DNA from: Bispira polyomma
Lineage: Eukaryota
Length of the DNA stretch: 64,000 nucleotides
Direction: 5' to 3'
Assembly (NCBI GenBank): GCA_965649765.1
Contig: OZ287755.1
Coordinates: 7,626,001 to 7,690,000 of the forward strand
Shown here: one piece after another, positions 39,366-52,174 of the stretch
Position numbering within the stretch: the first letter of the stretch is position 1
Layout: the number at the start of each line of letters is the position of its first letter
Position numbers and translations under genes: made by a program
Notes under the pieces: generated by a model
Database searches by the model: none
Told to the model about the DNA's origin: nothing
Seen by the model: the letters and a program-made list of their open reading frames with translations, nothing else

Positions 39366-40368
39366 TCTAAGTGCTTTTACACCCTCTAAAGCCCATTGCA
39401 AACTGAATCTGGTGCAATGCAACATGGCCCTTGACGACGCGACACTGCAGAGAATATACCTTGCTTGCACACCAAAAGCGACAGTACACAGCAGTAATCA
39501 ACACAACAAGTCTTGGAATATTTCACACACACATCACACTGTATGTTTAAGATCATTGTTTTAACCAACATACATATACTTCTAAGAAGCTAGACAATTA
39601 TCACTTATCCTTTCATGTTAAGGTGCATGTTTAAGATCAGGTAAGCTATGCAATTAGTAATTCAAATATTTAAACCCTCCCTCTTGAAATCACAATTAAC
39701 AATTGAGGTGTGTCAGTTGAAAGTTGGGTAGGTTAAGCAATTGTCACTAATTGAAATTCATTATGTCAGACCAATTTAGGGATGCCAGTTATAAAAGTGA
39801 GATAGGTACATTAATTCAAAAATCAAACCCACCCTCTAGAAAAACATAAAGCAATTGTCACTAATTGAAATTATGTAATGGAGCAATGACTATCCAATAT
39901 AAAGCCAGTATAAAAAGCTATTATTAAATAATTTCTTTAACATTTCTGTGAACGGCTTAAATGCGACACCACAAAAATATAGAAAAAATTCTATTTAAAA
40001 AAAACGGGTCAAATCGGGTTGCACCGTGTCGTGTCGGCTTTAGTTTACAATGACTGGTTATTTTATTAGGTTTCTATTTTTTGCTGTGTTGCATCGCGCC
40101 GGATTCACTCTGCAATGTGCTTAAGAGTGATCAAACTCCATGTATATCTCTGGTTTGAAATGGGTTATCAAAAGTTTAAAACTTTTACTTGAATCTTAAA
40201 AATATTAAATAATGCTACTGCAATAATTTTTTACCACTAGTCTATCGAAAACATTACTCCTACAAAAAGTCAAACATATTACCATAATTTTTAAGATACT
40301 ACTTTGACATGTCAGCACTGATAATATCACCCCATCATTAAACTCCATTGTTTTTGTGTGTTGTACAG

Positions 40369-40450
40369 TGAGGAATGGCCTGCTGATAGGTAGCGCCGTG
40401 TTTGTACTAGTAGTGGCTGGACTTATAAGTGCTGGACTCTTCTTCTACAG
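40369..40450 (+). CDS. rGC exon 9, transmembrane helix (LRNGLLIGSAVFVLVVAGLISAGLFFYR)
   Basis: gtacag/gtaaga. Hydrophobic stretch of about 23 residues. Phase 1 to 2. Confidence 0.92.
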
Positions 40451-40457
40451 GTAAGAC

Positions 40458-40702
40458 TTTGAATTTGGATATTTAACGTCCACTCTGGTACCTGTTTTAG
40501 GTTATATTAGGACGGGTAGTTGGAAACGCTGGAGGAAACACTGCATACAGTTGATCAAGGTTCTGCACTGAAACCAGCGGCCCACAGTAAGGAACTACCA
40601 CCTTTCCCACATAGGCATTGACAGGATTCGAACTCACGCCGCCCAGAGGTGAGAGACCAGTGGTTGTGAAGCGCAATGCTTGCTAACCACTAGGCCACCG
40701 CG
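40458..40702 (-). mobile_element. SINE family A, inserted 8 nt into the intron after the TM exon, 22-23 bp TSD
   Basis: Flanked by gactcttcttctacaggtaagac at 40435-40457 and 40702-40724. Confidence 0.92.
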
Positions 40703-41264
40703 ACTCTTCTTCTACAGGTAAGACACCTAATGATTCACTTTAACTCATTTTAAGATTGGCTGGTTGACATGGACTGATTCACATTGAGTATGTCACATGA
40801 ATATTGTAATAATAGTTATATATTTAATGCTCAACCTCTACTGTCTCTCATATAACTTGTTACTTGTAGCCTTGTCACACTGGGTACTTGACATTGAATA
40901 CGTAACATGTGACACCTTCAGTTGAATCTTTCACACTATAAACCCTTCACTTTTAGTACTTCACATGTTTGTGGTGGTTGATGCACTGGTCGCTACTTGG
41001 ATCTTGTTCTACAGATCTACTGATTCATACTGACTCATTCACAACATTTGTGAGAAGTTTTTTTAAACAATATATGCACGCTAAAAAGTTTGATAGCAAT
41101 AGTATTATTTACATGCCCTCTTTCAAACTCACTACAATCACACATCTCACAGTTAATACTTCTGTTTCATATTTAGATCATTACTGTAAATCGTTCACGC
41201 AAAGTACACCTGACTGACTCCTTCATGATTTACCCTCTCCTACTAGCACATTCACACCACACCT

Positions 41265-41672
41265 GATAGTGAATCCTTCACATTGACAACTTTACATTGA
41301 ATCCTTCACATTGAGTACTTTGTTTATTAATCTTTCAGATTTAGTACTTTACATAGAAACCTTCACATTTATGTATTCACATGGAATCCTTCACAGGAAA
41401 TTCTACACATGAATTCTTCAGATTGACTCCTTTACATTGAATCATTCGCTTTTAATACTTCACATTGAGTACTTAACATTGAATACTTTACATATGAATC
41501 TTTCACATTGAGTACTTCACATGGAATCCTTTGCAGCGAGTACTTCACATTACTTCACATTGAATCTTTTTTACATTGAATCTTTCACATTAAGTTCTTT
41601 GCATTGAATATTTAACATTGAGTATTTGACATTGAATCCTTCCCATCGAGTACGTCACATTGTGTACTTCAC
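41265..41672. repeat. Degenerate 14-bp tandem repeat (ttcacattgaatcc / ttcacattgagtac)
   Basis: Visible periodicity ending just before the exon 10 acceptor. Confidence 0.8.
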
Positions 41673-41690
41673 TGCTTTGTTTGTTTGTAG

Positions 41691-41772
41691 ACGTAAGAAG
41701 CTAGAAGAAGAGATCCAGAGGATGAGCTGGATGCTGGACTTTGAGGAGTTGGACTTTACCTCATCTCAGTCA
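41691..41772 (+). CDS. rGC exon 10 (RKKLEEEIQRMSWMLDFEELDFTSSQS)
   Basis: ttgtag/gtaggt. Basic stop-transfer residues and E-x-x-x-x-x-W motif. Phase 2 to 0. The donor was chosen by phase match. Confidence 0.87.
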
Positions 41773-42358
41773 GTAGGTCATCTCAGGTCATTAGTGTAAC
41801 CCTCCCTCTCAGTTACTGATATGACTGTCAGGGTATAATCATAAAATAATCCTCAAATCTATCTTTAACAGAGGTGGGAGCCATAGCCTAGTGGTTATAA
41901 AATATTTGCTAATAATCACTGGTCTTTCATCAATGTGGGTTTGACTCATGTTTGTTTCGTTCATGTAAATAGGTAATATACCAAGCCCTCTCGGTAGGTT
42001 TAACAGGATAAAACAAAACAGAAACTATTTTTTTTACGTAAGGTGGGAGGGCTGTTGAGAGATAACAGCTTTGGAAGTAGTTACATGAATTTAAACAAAA
42101 TACAATCATTATGGAAAGTCAACATTATCGTCTGCGCTATGGAGAGAGAAAGCTTTTTCGCTCCAAGCATGATAAAATTACAGTAGACTACACCACTGCT
42201 AACAAAGAGGTTAGCCAAAGTAATGAGAGTACTTAGTGACAAGTGATTTTCCATTCTTTTAATCTGAGCAAATCTCCATGTTAAAAGTCACTTGATTCAT
42301 TTCATCAACAATACAATGATATATACCTTTTACCCCCCAACCCACCCCATCTTTACAG

Positions 42359-42583
42359 CTCACCAGCATGGCCACCCTGCGTAGCAGCAGCCACTTTGGC
42401 ACCGCGTCCCACGGTGACGAGATGTCCACCAACAAGAGTCGGCTACAGCTGATGGCAGGTCATGTGACCTCTGTGTCCGCCCATAGCTGCCTGGCCCAGT
42501 TCAGGGGACAGCGACATGTGGTCAAGAAGATAGAGAAGGACAACTTCCAGCTAACAAGGGAGGACTTGATTGAACTCAAGCTG
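42359..42583 (+). CDS. rGC exon 11, start of kinase-homology domain (LTSMATLRSSSHFG...FRGQRHVVKKIEK...LIELKL)
   Basis: tttacag/gtagag. Phase 0 to 0. Confidence 0.88.
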
Positions 42584-44983
42584 GTAGAGTGCAGTCATAT
42601 TTTATTTAACCTTTTCATGTTTGCATTTATATTTATACTCATCTCTACCTGCGTCTGGCATTCAGAGCACTAATTAAACCCTTTCCTGACTGTACCAGTC
42701 AACTGCATCATTCCCCCCAACTAAAACAGATAGGCTTGATAATGACACCATTAATCAATGGCCCCAAGGATGTTTAGCCTGCCACTGGGGATAGGACCCA
42801 ATGACAGAGGACTATCGCCATTTGTAGTGCGTACACATCTTGCCTCAGGATGTTGTCCCTTCCACCAATGACACTGGCAGCCAGTACCAGGAGTAGAACC
42901 TGGGACCTTTTGAACAAGCCATCAACAAATATTTTTTGATTTTCCTTCAGTTCCTTGCAATAGGAAATTCTTAGTGTATCGGAATCGGCCGTTTAAACCA
43001 AAAATGTAGTTGACGACATTATTCAATGCCAAAAGTAGTCTGTGGTATGTATTTTAGTGTTTTATCTGTAATTTTTTTTTAATTTTTAATAACAAGACAT
43101 AAGAAATATATTTATAATACAAACATGCCAAATAGTATACTTTTTGCAATCTTACATTTACACACAGAAAAAATAGACAAAGAGACATATATATCAATCC
43201 TAGCTGATCAACTAGTCTGAAAGTAATATTACTCAGAGATTAATCATTCATAATAAGTTAATATAATTCCTCATTAGGTGCCATTCATTCCAAGCTAAGC
43301 TATACATTCACAGTTTCTTTTAACAAATAAATAAAGTTTTAAAATGACATGTTTTTATTTTTGCATCATTGTTTGTCGATGAAATGTTTTGCTAAAATAA
43401 AGACAGAATTCAGTATATGAATTATTTTATCACTTGTTACAGGTAAACCAAAAAATATTTCATACACTGTAAATTGAAATTTACAAAAATCACAAATTTA
43501 TAATGCCTAGAAATGTAATTTTCATCTTTCTTTGTTTTCTAAATATGGTCAAAGGTACGGAATTAACTGCGTTACTTTACTGATGAATACATGTTTATAT
43601 ACATGAAACAACGGCATGAATATTCGGCAACAACCATATTTGTGGTTTGTTTGTGTCTCAGAATTGCCAAGACAGAGATTTAAGCACCCTAAAAGGCATA
43701 TTAGATTTGGCTTAACTTGATAGTTATTGCCTTTTACATTTCACTGACCAATCTTTACAGAAGCCTTCACAATAAACTTATAACTATGACAACAAACATT
43801 ACTTAATTTCTGGGGACATGACAAAGTCAACAAACAAATATTACATTAAAAAAACATATTTCTGACTCCACCAAACGCTGACCTCCCTTCCTATGGCAAT
43901 ACATTGATCAACATTAATACTTCAGCCGACATTGCATTGTATTTGGCATTTTAACGTACCTTATTGATGCAAAGCGGCTTCTAAAGCACAACAGCAGAAT
44001 GAATTAACTAATTGTGAAGTCAAAAAAATTTACCAAGGTCTTAGGGAAGGGTATAGGGGTGTACAGGGAGGGGACTAATGGGGATAAGTGAATCTTGAGA
44101 GATTTATATTAGACTGACAGGGAGACCATTCCAGGAAGACAGGAAGAGCGAATCGGAAAACTCTACATCCAGTCCCTCATTGTGGGTTAAAACAGCATGG
44201 TCAGAAAGTATCTTTCCTCTGTTGAGGTTACTGAAGGAAAGACAAGGGAAGGAAATTACCTCCAACAGCTATGCATAATACATGATCAAGATACAATACA
44301 ACAGTACCCTGGAAATGCAACTTACCAAAGCATAATGCCTGGGGGTGAGAAACACTGTGAAGGTACTTGCCGTATGTCACTGGCTTCCTCCACCATTGAA
44401 TATGAACCTTTGTAATATGACCTAAGCTGTTGATAGCAACCTAAATTGCAAAAAAAAAAATATCAAGTTACTTAAGTAACTTACAATAAATTTATTGCAC
44501 GTATATTTTCAATGACTACATAATTTCAATGCAATGCATTGCACTATTGCACTTGGAGTTTGCTATCAACTGCACTTTAGTCTTACAAAAGTTATGAGCT
44601 AAAAGGCCAAGGCCTGATAGACCAGATAAACACAGCAACTTGATACCTAGAAGTATTGATTTGTTTTGTCACTGATCTTATAAAGCACACTTGTAGAGTA
44701 TTCCATTCACATTCACAATATACTCGTATTCCCTATGATACCAGTAAACCCTCTTTGGCTTTAGAAGTAACCTTAAGACACATCTCTTCACCCTCACTTA
44801 CCGTCCATGGACATATTTCTCCTCCATATTTCTCCTGATCACAAATTTGCTTTGGAAACCGACTGATAATTTTAACACAACTATGTCAATGATGGCTTGT
44901 GCTTTAGAAAATGCCTGTCATCAATTAGGCTTGTTAAAACTCTGTCATGTTATGTCATAATCTCAATTGCTTTGTGATTCCAG

Positions 44984-45160
44984 GTGAAGGACATGCAGCA
45001 TGAGAACCTGGTGAGTTTTATCGGGGCGTGTGTTGTGGCCCCCAACATTTGTATAGTCACACAGTACTGTCCTAAAGGAAGTCTGCAGGACGTACTGCAA
45101 CACGACGAGATCAAACTCGACTGGACATTCAAGTCCTCCTTTGTCAGCGACTTGGTCAAC
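44984..45160 (+). CDS. rGC exon 12, kinase-homology domain (VKDMQHENLVSFIGAC...YCPKGSLQDVL...KLDWTFKSSFVSDLVN)
   Basis: ttccag/gtaagt. Hallmark rGC kinase-homology motifs. Phase 0 to 0. Confidence 0.96.
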
Positions 45161-46231
45161 GTAAGTATTTCACAGAATTTTGGTCGGTTCTTCTTTGCTG
45201 CTGTCTGTGTCACCATCAAAATCTACAACCAAAGCACCATTAGTTCTCTGCCGCCGAAATAGCCATTGTGATGTGTGGCTGTGTCCCTCGCGATGCCTAC
45301 TATCAATGAAATAAAAGCTTCCGGTGATGGGACAGATACATTAGTTATTGTTATTCTCATTCTCAACCTTTGACACTCCACTTGTTCACAATTTGGTGGA
45401 TGTTAAATCCACAGGATATAGCAAAACCTCTATTATCAGAACTTCTGGGTACTGGGTTTCTTCCACTACTGAATCTGGCCATTGCGATATAATGATAAGT
45501 TGTTGAAAGTGACGTAAAAGCCAACTAAATTCATCTATTTTCATTAGCTAAAATAGTTTATGTTAATTCTGACATGACACGGCTGTATTAGCAATTCTGT
45601 TTGGCCAAATGCTACAGTAAAAATAACTGTATACCCATGACTGTTCCATTATTCTTCATATACAAAATTATATTGAAATGCTTCCCGTTGTACAAATATT
45701 AAATAAATCCAAAGAGGATTTGTTAAATATATTAATATTATATTTCTGCTGATGTAATATTTCGTTGGTTACTGTTTATTTGTTTTCATTTGTTGTTATT
45801 TCATTTACAAAATAAATTTTTTCATTTTCTTGACTCCACAAGCTAACTACGTAAATTTGATAAAACCTCCAAGACTAATTTAGTCTGTAGTGTGATTGAT
45901 AAAGTTCTTTCAATAATGTCAATTTACAGTAAAAAGAGCTGGAATCAGGTAATCATTTCAATTTGTCATGTTAGAATAGGAGTATAGAAACACTTTGACT
46001 TCTTCACCTTCATGTTTCTATGCCTCCAATTGTTGTAAAACAAAACCCTTGTATACTATCATGCACCACTTCCCTTATACCAGACTATGTTCTTGCATAC
46101 TTACTTGGACATACGCCACAGAGGATGCCTGGTCATCGATTGTGGCGCTATAGCAGTAAAAACATTAACAATAGCCATGCTTTTTCATGGGTTATTCTTT
46201 TTAAGACCAATAACTATATATACACACCTAG

Positions 46232-46400
46232 GGTATGATCTACATCCACGAGAGCCCACTGCAGTCACACGGCCGCCTTAGAAGTTCCTGCTGTTTTGTG
46301 GACAGCCGCTGGATGCTCAAGATCACTGACTTTGGACTGCACAGCATCAAGAAAGGCGACAAAAGCAAGGAGGAGCTGGGGGAGTATGAGCTTCTCAAGG
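46232..46400 (+). CDS. rGC exon 13 (GMIYIHESPLQSHGRLRSSCCFVDSRWMLKITDFGL...LLK)
   Basis: cctag/gtaaga. HG-x-L and DFG motifs. Phase 0 to 1. Confidence 0.95.
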
Positions 46401-47099
46401 GTAAGAATGTCATCTAATATATAGACTTTTACTGGCACCTAAATCTTTGTAGTAGTGTGTCATAAGGCACAACATTGTAGGTATATCTCTCACAACTATG
46501 TACTTCAAGCTAAACAGCATCAAAAGAGGCGACAAAAGCAAAGAGGAACTGAGAGAGTATGAACTTCTCAAGGGTAAGAATGTCATCTAATCTTTAAAAA
46601 AAAGCTCAAAACACATTTGCATCATGTCTCTTTTCTGCCTTAACTTTCCTTTCCTGGTCACGACTGAACTCTGATCATGAACCTTTTTCTCCTATCCGAC
46701 TATTTGTTTTGCTTACTGATGCAGATGTGTGCCACAGATGATGCCAGGTCATCAATTGTGGCGCCTTAGAAGAGAAAAGTTTAACATTAACATAGAATTT
46801 TGCTGACAGTAACGAATGCCAAGGCAGAATATTGTATATTTCAAGATCACTGATTTTTGAGCTGCACAGCATCAAGAGATACTGTTTTGGTATTAAGGTG
46901 AACACATTCAAGTGTAGTCATATGCAATAGAATATTGGCAAAGAAATATATTGTTTTCCGAATAGAATGTGCGTAATATAGATGTGTATTATTGTAGTTT
47001 TTGTATTCTATTGTATTATGCTTTTTAACACACTTAATTGACAAATTATCTTCTATAACACAACAACATAATCACCCAACAATCAACAAGTCTAAACAA

Positions 47100-48180
47100 T
47101 ATAGGCATGGTTACAAGGAAGGATGTTGGGTGTCCAGAAAGGGAACTAAGGGGGGATAAGTGAGTTTGAATAGACAGGTTTTAAGCTTTTTTTCTCAAAC
47201 CAGTAGGTGTTTCGAGTGATCTGAGCTCAACTGGGAGACTATTCCATAAAGTAAAATAGAGAAAGCAAAAGAGAAAATTTTAGATCCAGTTCTCTTGGTA
47301 GATTTTACTGGTTTTAATTTTGCTGAATAAAAGGTGAGGAGCAAGGTAGAAGGGCTTTCAAGAGATAATAGCTTTGAAAGTGCTTGCATGGATTTTAAAC
47401 AAAATTTGATAATAAATGCTGTATGGAGAGACATCAATACAGATCCCAGACAAAAAGGACACAGATAGTTTTGAATAGGCAATACTTTATGTAAGACAAT
47501 TTCACCTCAAACAGCAGGGAATTGTAGTAATTGAGGCGGCTACTAACAAGGTAGTTAGCCATTGTGATGGCAGTATCCAGTGATCATTGTTTTCTGATTC
47601 TCTTGATATCATGAATGTCATAGTAACAGGAGTGACAAATGTTGCTGATGTGCGAATCAAATGAGAAAGAAGAGTCCATAGTGAAGTAGTGTAATTGGGA
47701 ATAATGATTTTAAGCACTTACTGTGTTTCTTGGTGCGTATGAGAATGAATTTATGTTTGCCGGGATTTAATTTCAATTTGGAGTAATTCATTCAAGGAAA
47801 CTTAGGAAAGACAGTCAGCAAGAAAGAGCAAGATTTTTGTGGCAATTTAATAGTTTAGAGAAAGACAGATTTGAGTGTCGCGAGCGTATATGTGCTGTTT
47901 AATATTGTGATTGTTACTGACTTTGCTGAGGGGATATGTGTAAAGTGTAAAAAATAAACCATTTGGGTACTCCAAAAAGTAGGTTAAATGAGGATGAAAA
48001 GTGATCATGTAGTTTAATTTTTTGAGGTTGTATCTAAAAGCCAGATTGGGTCCGAAACCCCTGTTTTTGCGTATAGTAAACTATTGTCAATGATATCAAA
48101 AGCTGCTGAGAGATCTAGATGGGTGAGGGCTACAGTTTCATCACGATCCAAGGCAAGGTTTATGTTACTATTCATAGAAG
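47100..48180 (-). mobile_element. Degenerate L2/CR1-group LINE 3' fragment
   Basis: RT motif LDLSAAFD in ORF 48014-48202(-) and C-terminal KKLKTxLF-like end near 47170-47200. Confidence 0.75.
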
Positions 48181-48644
48181 TGTCCCAACCAAGTATATAC
48201 AATTGAAGCCCAGTCAGTAGGAAGAGTTGCTCAATTTCATAATAGTATTTTGACTAGTAACTATCATATAGAAAACCTTTGGTCTTGTGTAACAAGTGTA
48301 GAAGTCTTGAATATGTTAAGAACAATTGTAATGTTTCTGCAAGATGTTCGATGACTTCAGTTATCAAAAGATTTTTTGTTGCTCAAGTGATTATGATATA
48401 GTTAATATGCAACCAATCAGAGAAAAATGGTTCATCTGATTAATGGTCTATTAAGCATATGTATTGCAGTTTGTAAATGTGCTTGTGTTTTTTCTTTTCT
48501 TTCCTTTAAGTTTTATGTTTCCTTATTTGTTATACTGTAATCTGTATACACTGTGTATAAATGAATGAATAATAAAATATATAACATGTAATACACAGGT
48601 AACATCAGTATTGGTATGTTAGGTGTATATTTTATTGTCCCCAG

Positions 48645-48800
48645 GAGAATTATGGACGGCCCCTGAGCTGCTGAGAATGAGTCCCCTCAAGAGACCAGTG
48701 GCCGGCACACAGAAGGCTGACATCTACAGCTTCTCCATCATATTTCATGAGATCATCTTCAGGGCGCTACCCTTCTATGTGGATGAGTCTTCTCCTAAAG
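48645..48800 (+). CDS. rGC exon 14 ([11 protein letters not shown]...[17 protein letters not shown]...SPK)
   Basis: ccccag/gtttgt. LWTAPE motif. Phase 1 to 1. Confidence 0.95.
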
Positions 48801-48984
48801 GTTTGTGTGTGAGTGCAGGGCGGTATTAGTGGCGGGGGGATGGGGGGGGGGGGTTTAAGGAGACGGAGAGGGGATTGGGGAGAGATGATTGTTGGGAGGA
48901 TGGGATATGGTGTGGGGGATGTTTGGGTGGGTGGTAGGTGAATGGTGAACGGGATTGAGAGCATGTGGTAGTAGAGGTGATGCA

Positions 48985-49382
48985 CGGGGTGTATGGTACG
49001 TGGGGTGTATGATGGAATAGGTGGTACGTGGGATGTATGATGGATCAGGTAGTACGTTGGGTGTATGATGGAATAGGTGGTAGGTGGGGTGTATGATGGA
49101 ATAGGTGGTACGTGGGGTGTATGATGGAATAGGTGGTAAGTTGGGTGTATGGTGGAATGGGTGGTACATGGGGTGTATGATGGAATAGGTGGTACGTGGG
49201 GTGTATGATGGAATAGGTGGTACGTGGGGTGTATGATGGAATAGGTGGTACATTGGGTGTATGGTGGAATGGGTGGTATGTGAGGTGTATGATGGAATAG
49301 GTGGTACGTGGGGTTTATGATGGAATAGGTGGTACGTGGGGTGTATGGTGGAATGGGTGGTACGTGGGGTGTATGGTGGAAC
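48985..49382. repeat. 28-bp G-rich minisatellite (gtgtatgatggaataggtggtacgtggg)
   Basis: About 14 copies. It produces the His/Pro-rich minus-strand ORFs. Confidence 0.95.
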
Positions 49383-49987
49383 CGGTGGTGCATTTGGCCG
49401 TGTGGTGGGTTCAGATGTTTCTGTCAGTGGTTGAGGATGGAGGAGTGGAATATATGGCTGGAATAGAAGGTTTGAATAAAATAAAAACAAGGCAATTTGT
49501 TACAAAACTATAGGAAAATGTAACTTTAGCAGATTGAAAGTGTGCTTATGAAACTGACGACATATATTTTCTGAGGATGCTGGGAGAGCAAAATTTTGTT
49601 TGACCAATAAAAGTTTAATGAAATAGAAGAGACATTCTTATCCTGATTTTAGGGGTGGCAAATTTCAGAAACAGTGACAAATTCTAGATTTCTTACTGTA
49701 TGATGCTATCAGACCAAAATTGGACGGCACTATCTACTATTTCCATTGATTATTTGAACCTATTTTTCTGGGGTTAGATGTGCCTAGTATTGAGGATGTG
49801 TCACATGCTTAAATATATTTATTTCTTTTTTATTTTGTGTGTAAAATAAGATTTACCCTTTGACCTACTAATTACTGCATCTTTTGTGATTTTCTTCTTC
49901 TCTTGAGCCAATGCCTGTTCAAGCCTTGACAGGTTTATGTGTATATCAAAACATTAGGTTTGGGGATATATATATGTAGGATATATA

Positions 49988-51742
49988 TAGAAGCGTTTAT
50001 CAAATGATGATCCTAATTTAGGCATATTTTGGACTTTAAACTTTTATAACTCGACCAGTTTTCAGCATATTTTTAATGTTAGTGGCTCAACTAATAGGTA
50101 TGGCATTTATTTATCATTCCACCAAATATTATGATCCTATTTGTGGCCAAGTGACAGTGTGAACTCTTCATTGGTACACTGCTTGCATTGTTCTTGACTA
50201 TGCCAAATATGGGCATTTTGTTTAACACTTGTGGAAGCAGGTGTCCTGGTTTGCAGAAAGAATATTGTAAATTCAATATTATAAGTAATATTATATGTAC
50301 ATCAAGATGAGGGAAGACAGGCAAAAATGGACAAAAACATGTGTATTCTAAAGAATTCTACTATTTATTTTTACATAGCATATTGTATTTAAAGTCTGAT
50401 TCATTTTTTTCATTGTATTATGTAAATGTCAGAGCCCAACTTACCATTGGCCAATCTTAAGATGGGCTATAGCCTAACTTATAAGTAAGGCAGCCTATCT
50501 TAAGATGAGCTATCCCATCTTGGATTGGCAAGGGAAACTAGCCAAACTTGAGATTGGATTAAAATTGAAAACTAGACATCTTAAGTGTTTGAATTGTATA
50601 ATAAATAATTCACATGATGATGAATTATTGTTAATTGTGTAAATGTAATCACAGGTTTAAAGCTCATTATTGAATGTTCCAGTTATTACTTGTTTGACTG
50701 ATAAACTTACATTTATAATGCATCTTTTGTTGGAGTGTGATTTTCTTTTAAAAATTGCCCTAAATTGTTGTAAGATCACAATTCACTTTTCCTTTCAATA
50801 TACTTTTTGCACAGATTAATTTGATACCAAGTAATGGGAAGCCATGGATTAATTATTTTGTTTGTGAAGACTAAATGTGTGATCAACTTGCTCAGTTACC
50901 ATTTCCCTCCTTCCTGATTGTAATAATATGCAGCCAAATTAAAATTGTGTGATTAAAACGGTTTTTAATCCATGTACACATTGCTTTTGTACTGCATTGG
51001 AGTAAAGTCCAATAAAGAAATGGAATTGTTATTGCTAATTTTAGTTATAACGTCATGCTGTTTATATAAATTAAACTCCAAAGTGTCCTATAATTCAAGA
51101 TGGCTACTTCTAAAGTACGTTCATAAGACCACAGAGATCATATGGAAAAACTGGACAGCTAAAAAACATCACCAGTTATTAATGGGGCAAAGTTTACCCG
51201 GTACATAGATTATTGATTAACTAAAGAAATAAGATAAAAACAGATATCCTCATTTAACACCATAGATAAAAAATAATCTATTTCAAATAAGTGGTATGCC
51301 TTTCTAGATTAAGCGTTGACCAGATCCCGATTGTACCTAATCCAAAAAGGTAATTGTTCTTCCGATATATCGTTACTTTTAGTTTATGCCTTTCTTTAAT
51401 ACACTTTTATAGTAGTTTTCTATATTATGTTCCTGTACAAAAAATCTTATATACAATGACAGAAATTACTCCATTAACTACAATTTTCTGTTTACTGTTT
51501 CTTGGCCACAAATAGGATCATAGTTTGATCGCTGGGTTTAGTCCAATGACAGAAGGATAAAATTATAAATTAAATATTTCTATACATATCATGGGCATAA
51601 TATTTGGTGGATTGATAAATAAATGCCATACCTATTAGTTGAGCCACTAACATTAAAAAATATGTTGGAAACTAGTTGAGTTATAAAGGTTCAAAGTCCA
51701 AAATATGCCTAAATTAGGATCATCATTTAATAAACGCTTCTA
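49988..51742. mobile_element. Non-autonomous element with long (about 160 bp) inverted repeats
   Basis: 49988-50150 is the reverse complement of 51500-51521 plus 51596-51742. Confidence 0.8.
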
Positions 51743-52061
51743 CATATTTTGGTTTCAGCTCGAAATCTAAAATTTGCCACTATCTGAAATTTGCCACATA
51801 CGATGGTGGTAATATGTGCTGAAATTGAGATTTGTTAAACTATTGTGCCTTTCTTGTCAGGTATTTTTTACCAGTTTTTAATTGATTTGGCTTAAATTTT
51901 AGGGGTGGCTAATTTCAGAAACAATGGCAAATAAAAATTACCTATTTGACAGAAGTTACATATGTTTTACAATATGCAAAAACCATATGGGGTCAGAAAT
52001 TGACTGGTTGTCAGTTAGTGTAAGCGTCTGATCTGAGGGAAATACCTGTTTTGGAAATGAA

Positions 52062-52174
52062 CAGGGCCCGTATTCACGAAAGGTCTTAGCCAGGTCTTAG
52101 GCATAAATCTAGCACAAAAGTATACTGATTTAAGTCTAAGACCTGGCTAAGTCCCTTCGTGAATACGGGCCCTG
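52062..52174. mobile_element. Palindromic MITE (TIR CAGGGCCCGTATTCACGAA...)
   Basis: Inverted arms of about 45 bp around a short spacer. A second copy lies at 61669-61775. Confidence 0.85.

Noticed and set aside
48767-49513. His/Pro/Thr-rich ORFs of about 210 aa
   Set aside because: Translation of a 28-bp minisatellite, with no splice or domain support.
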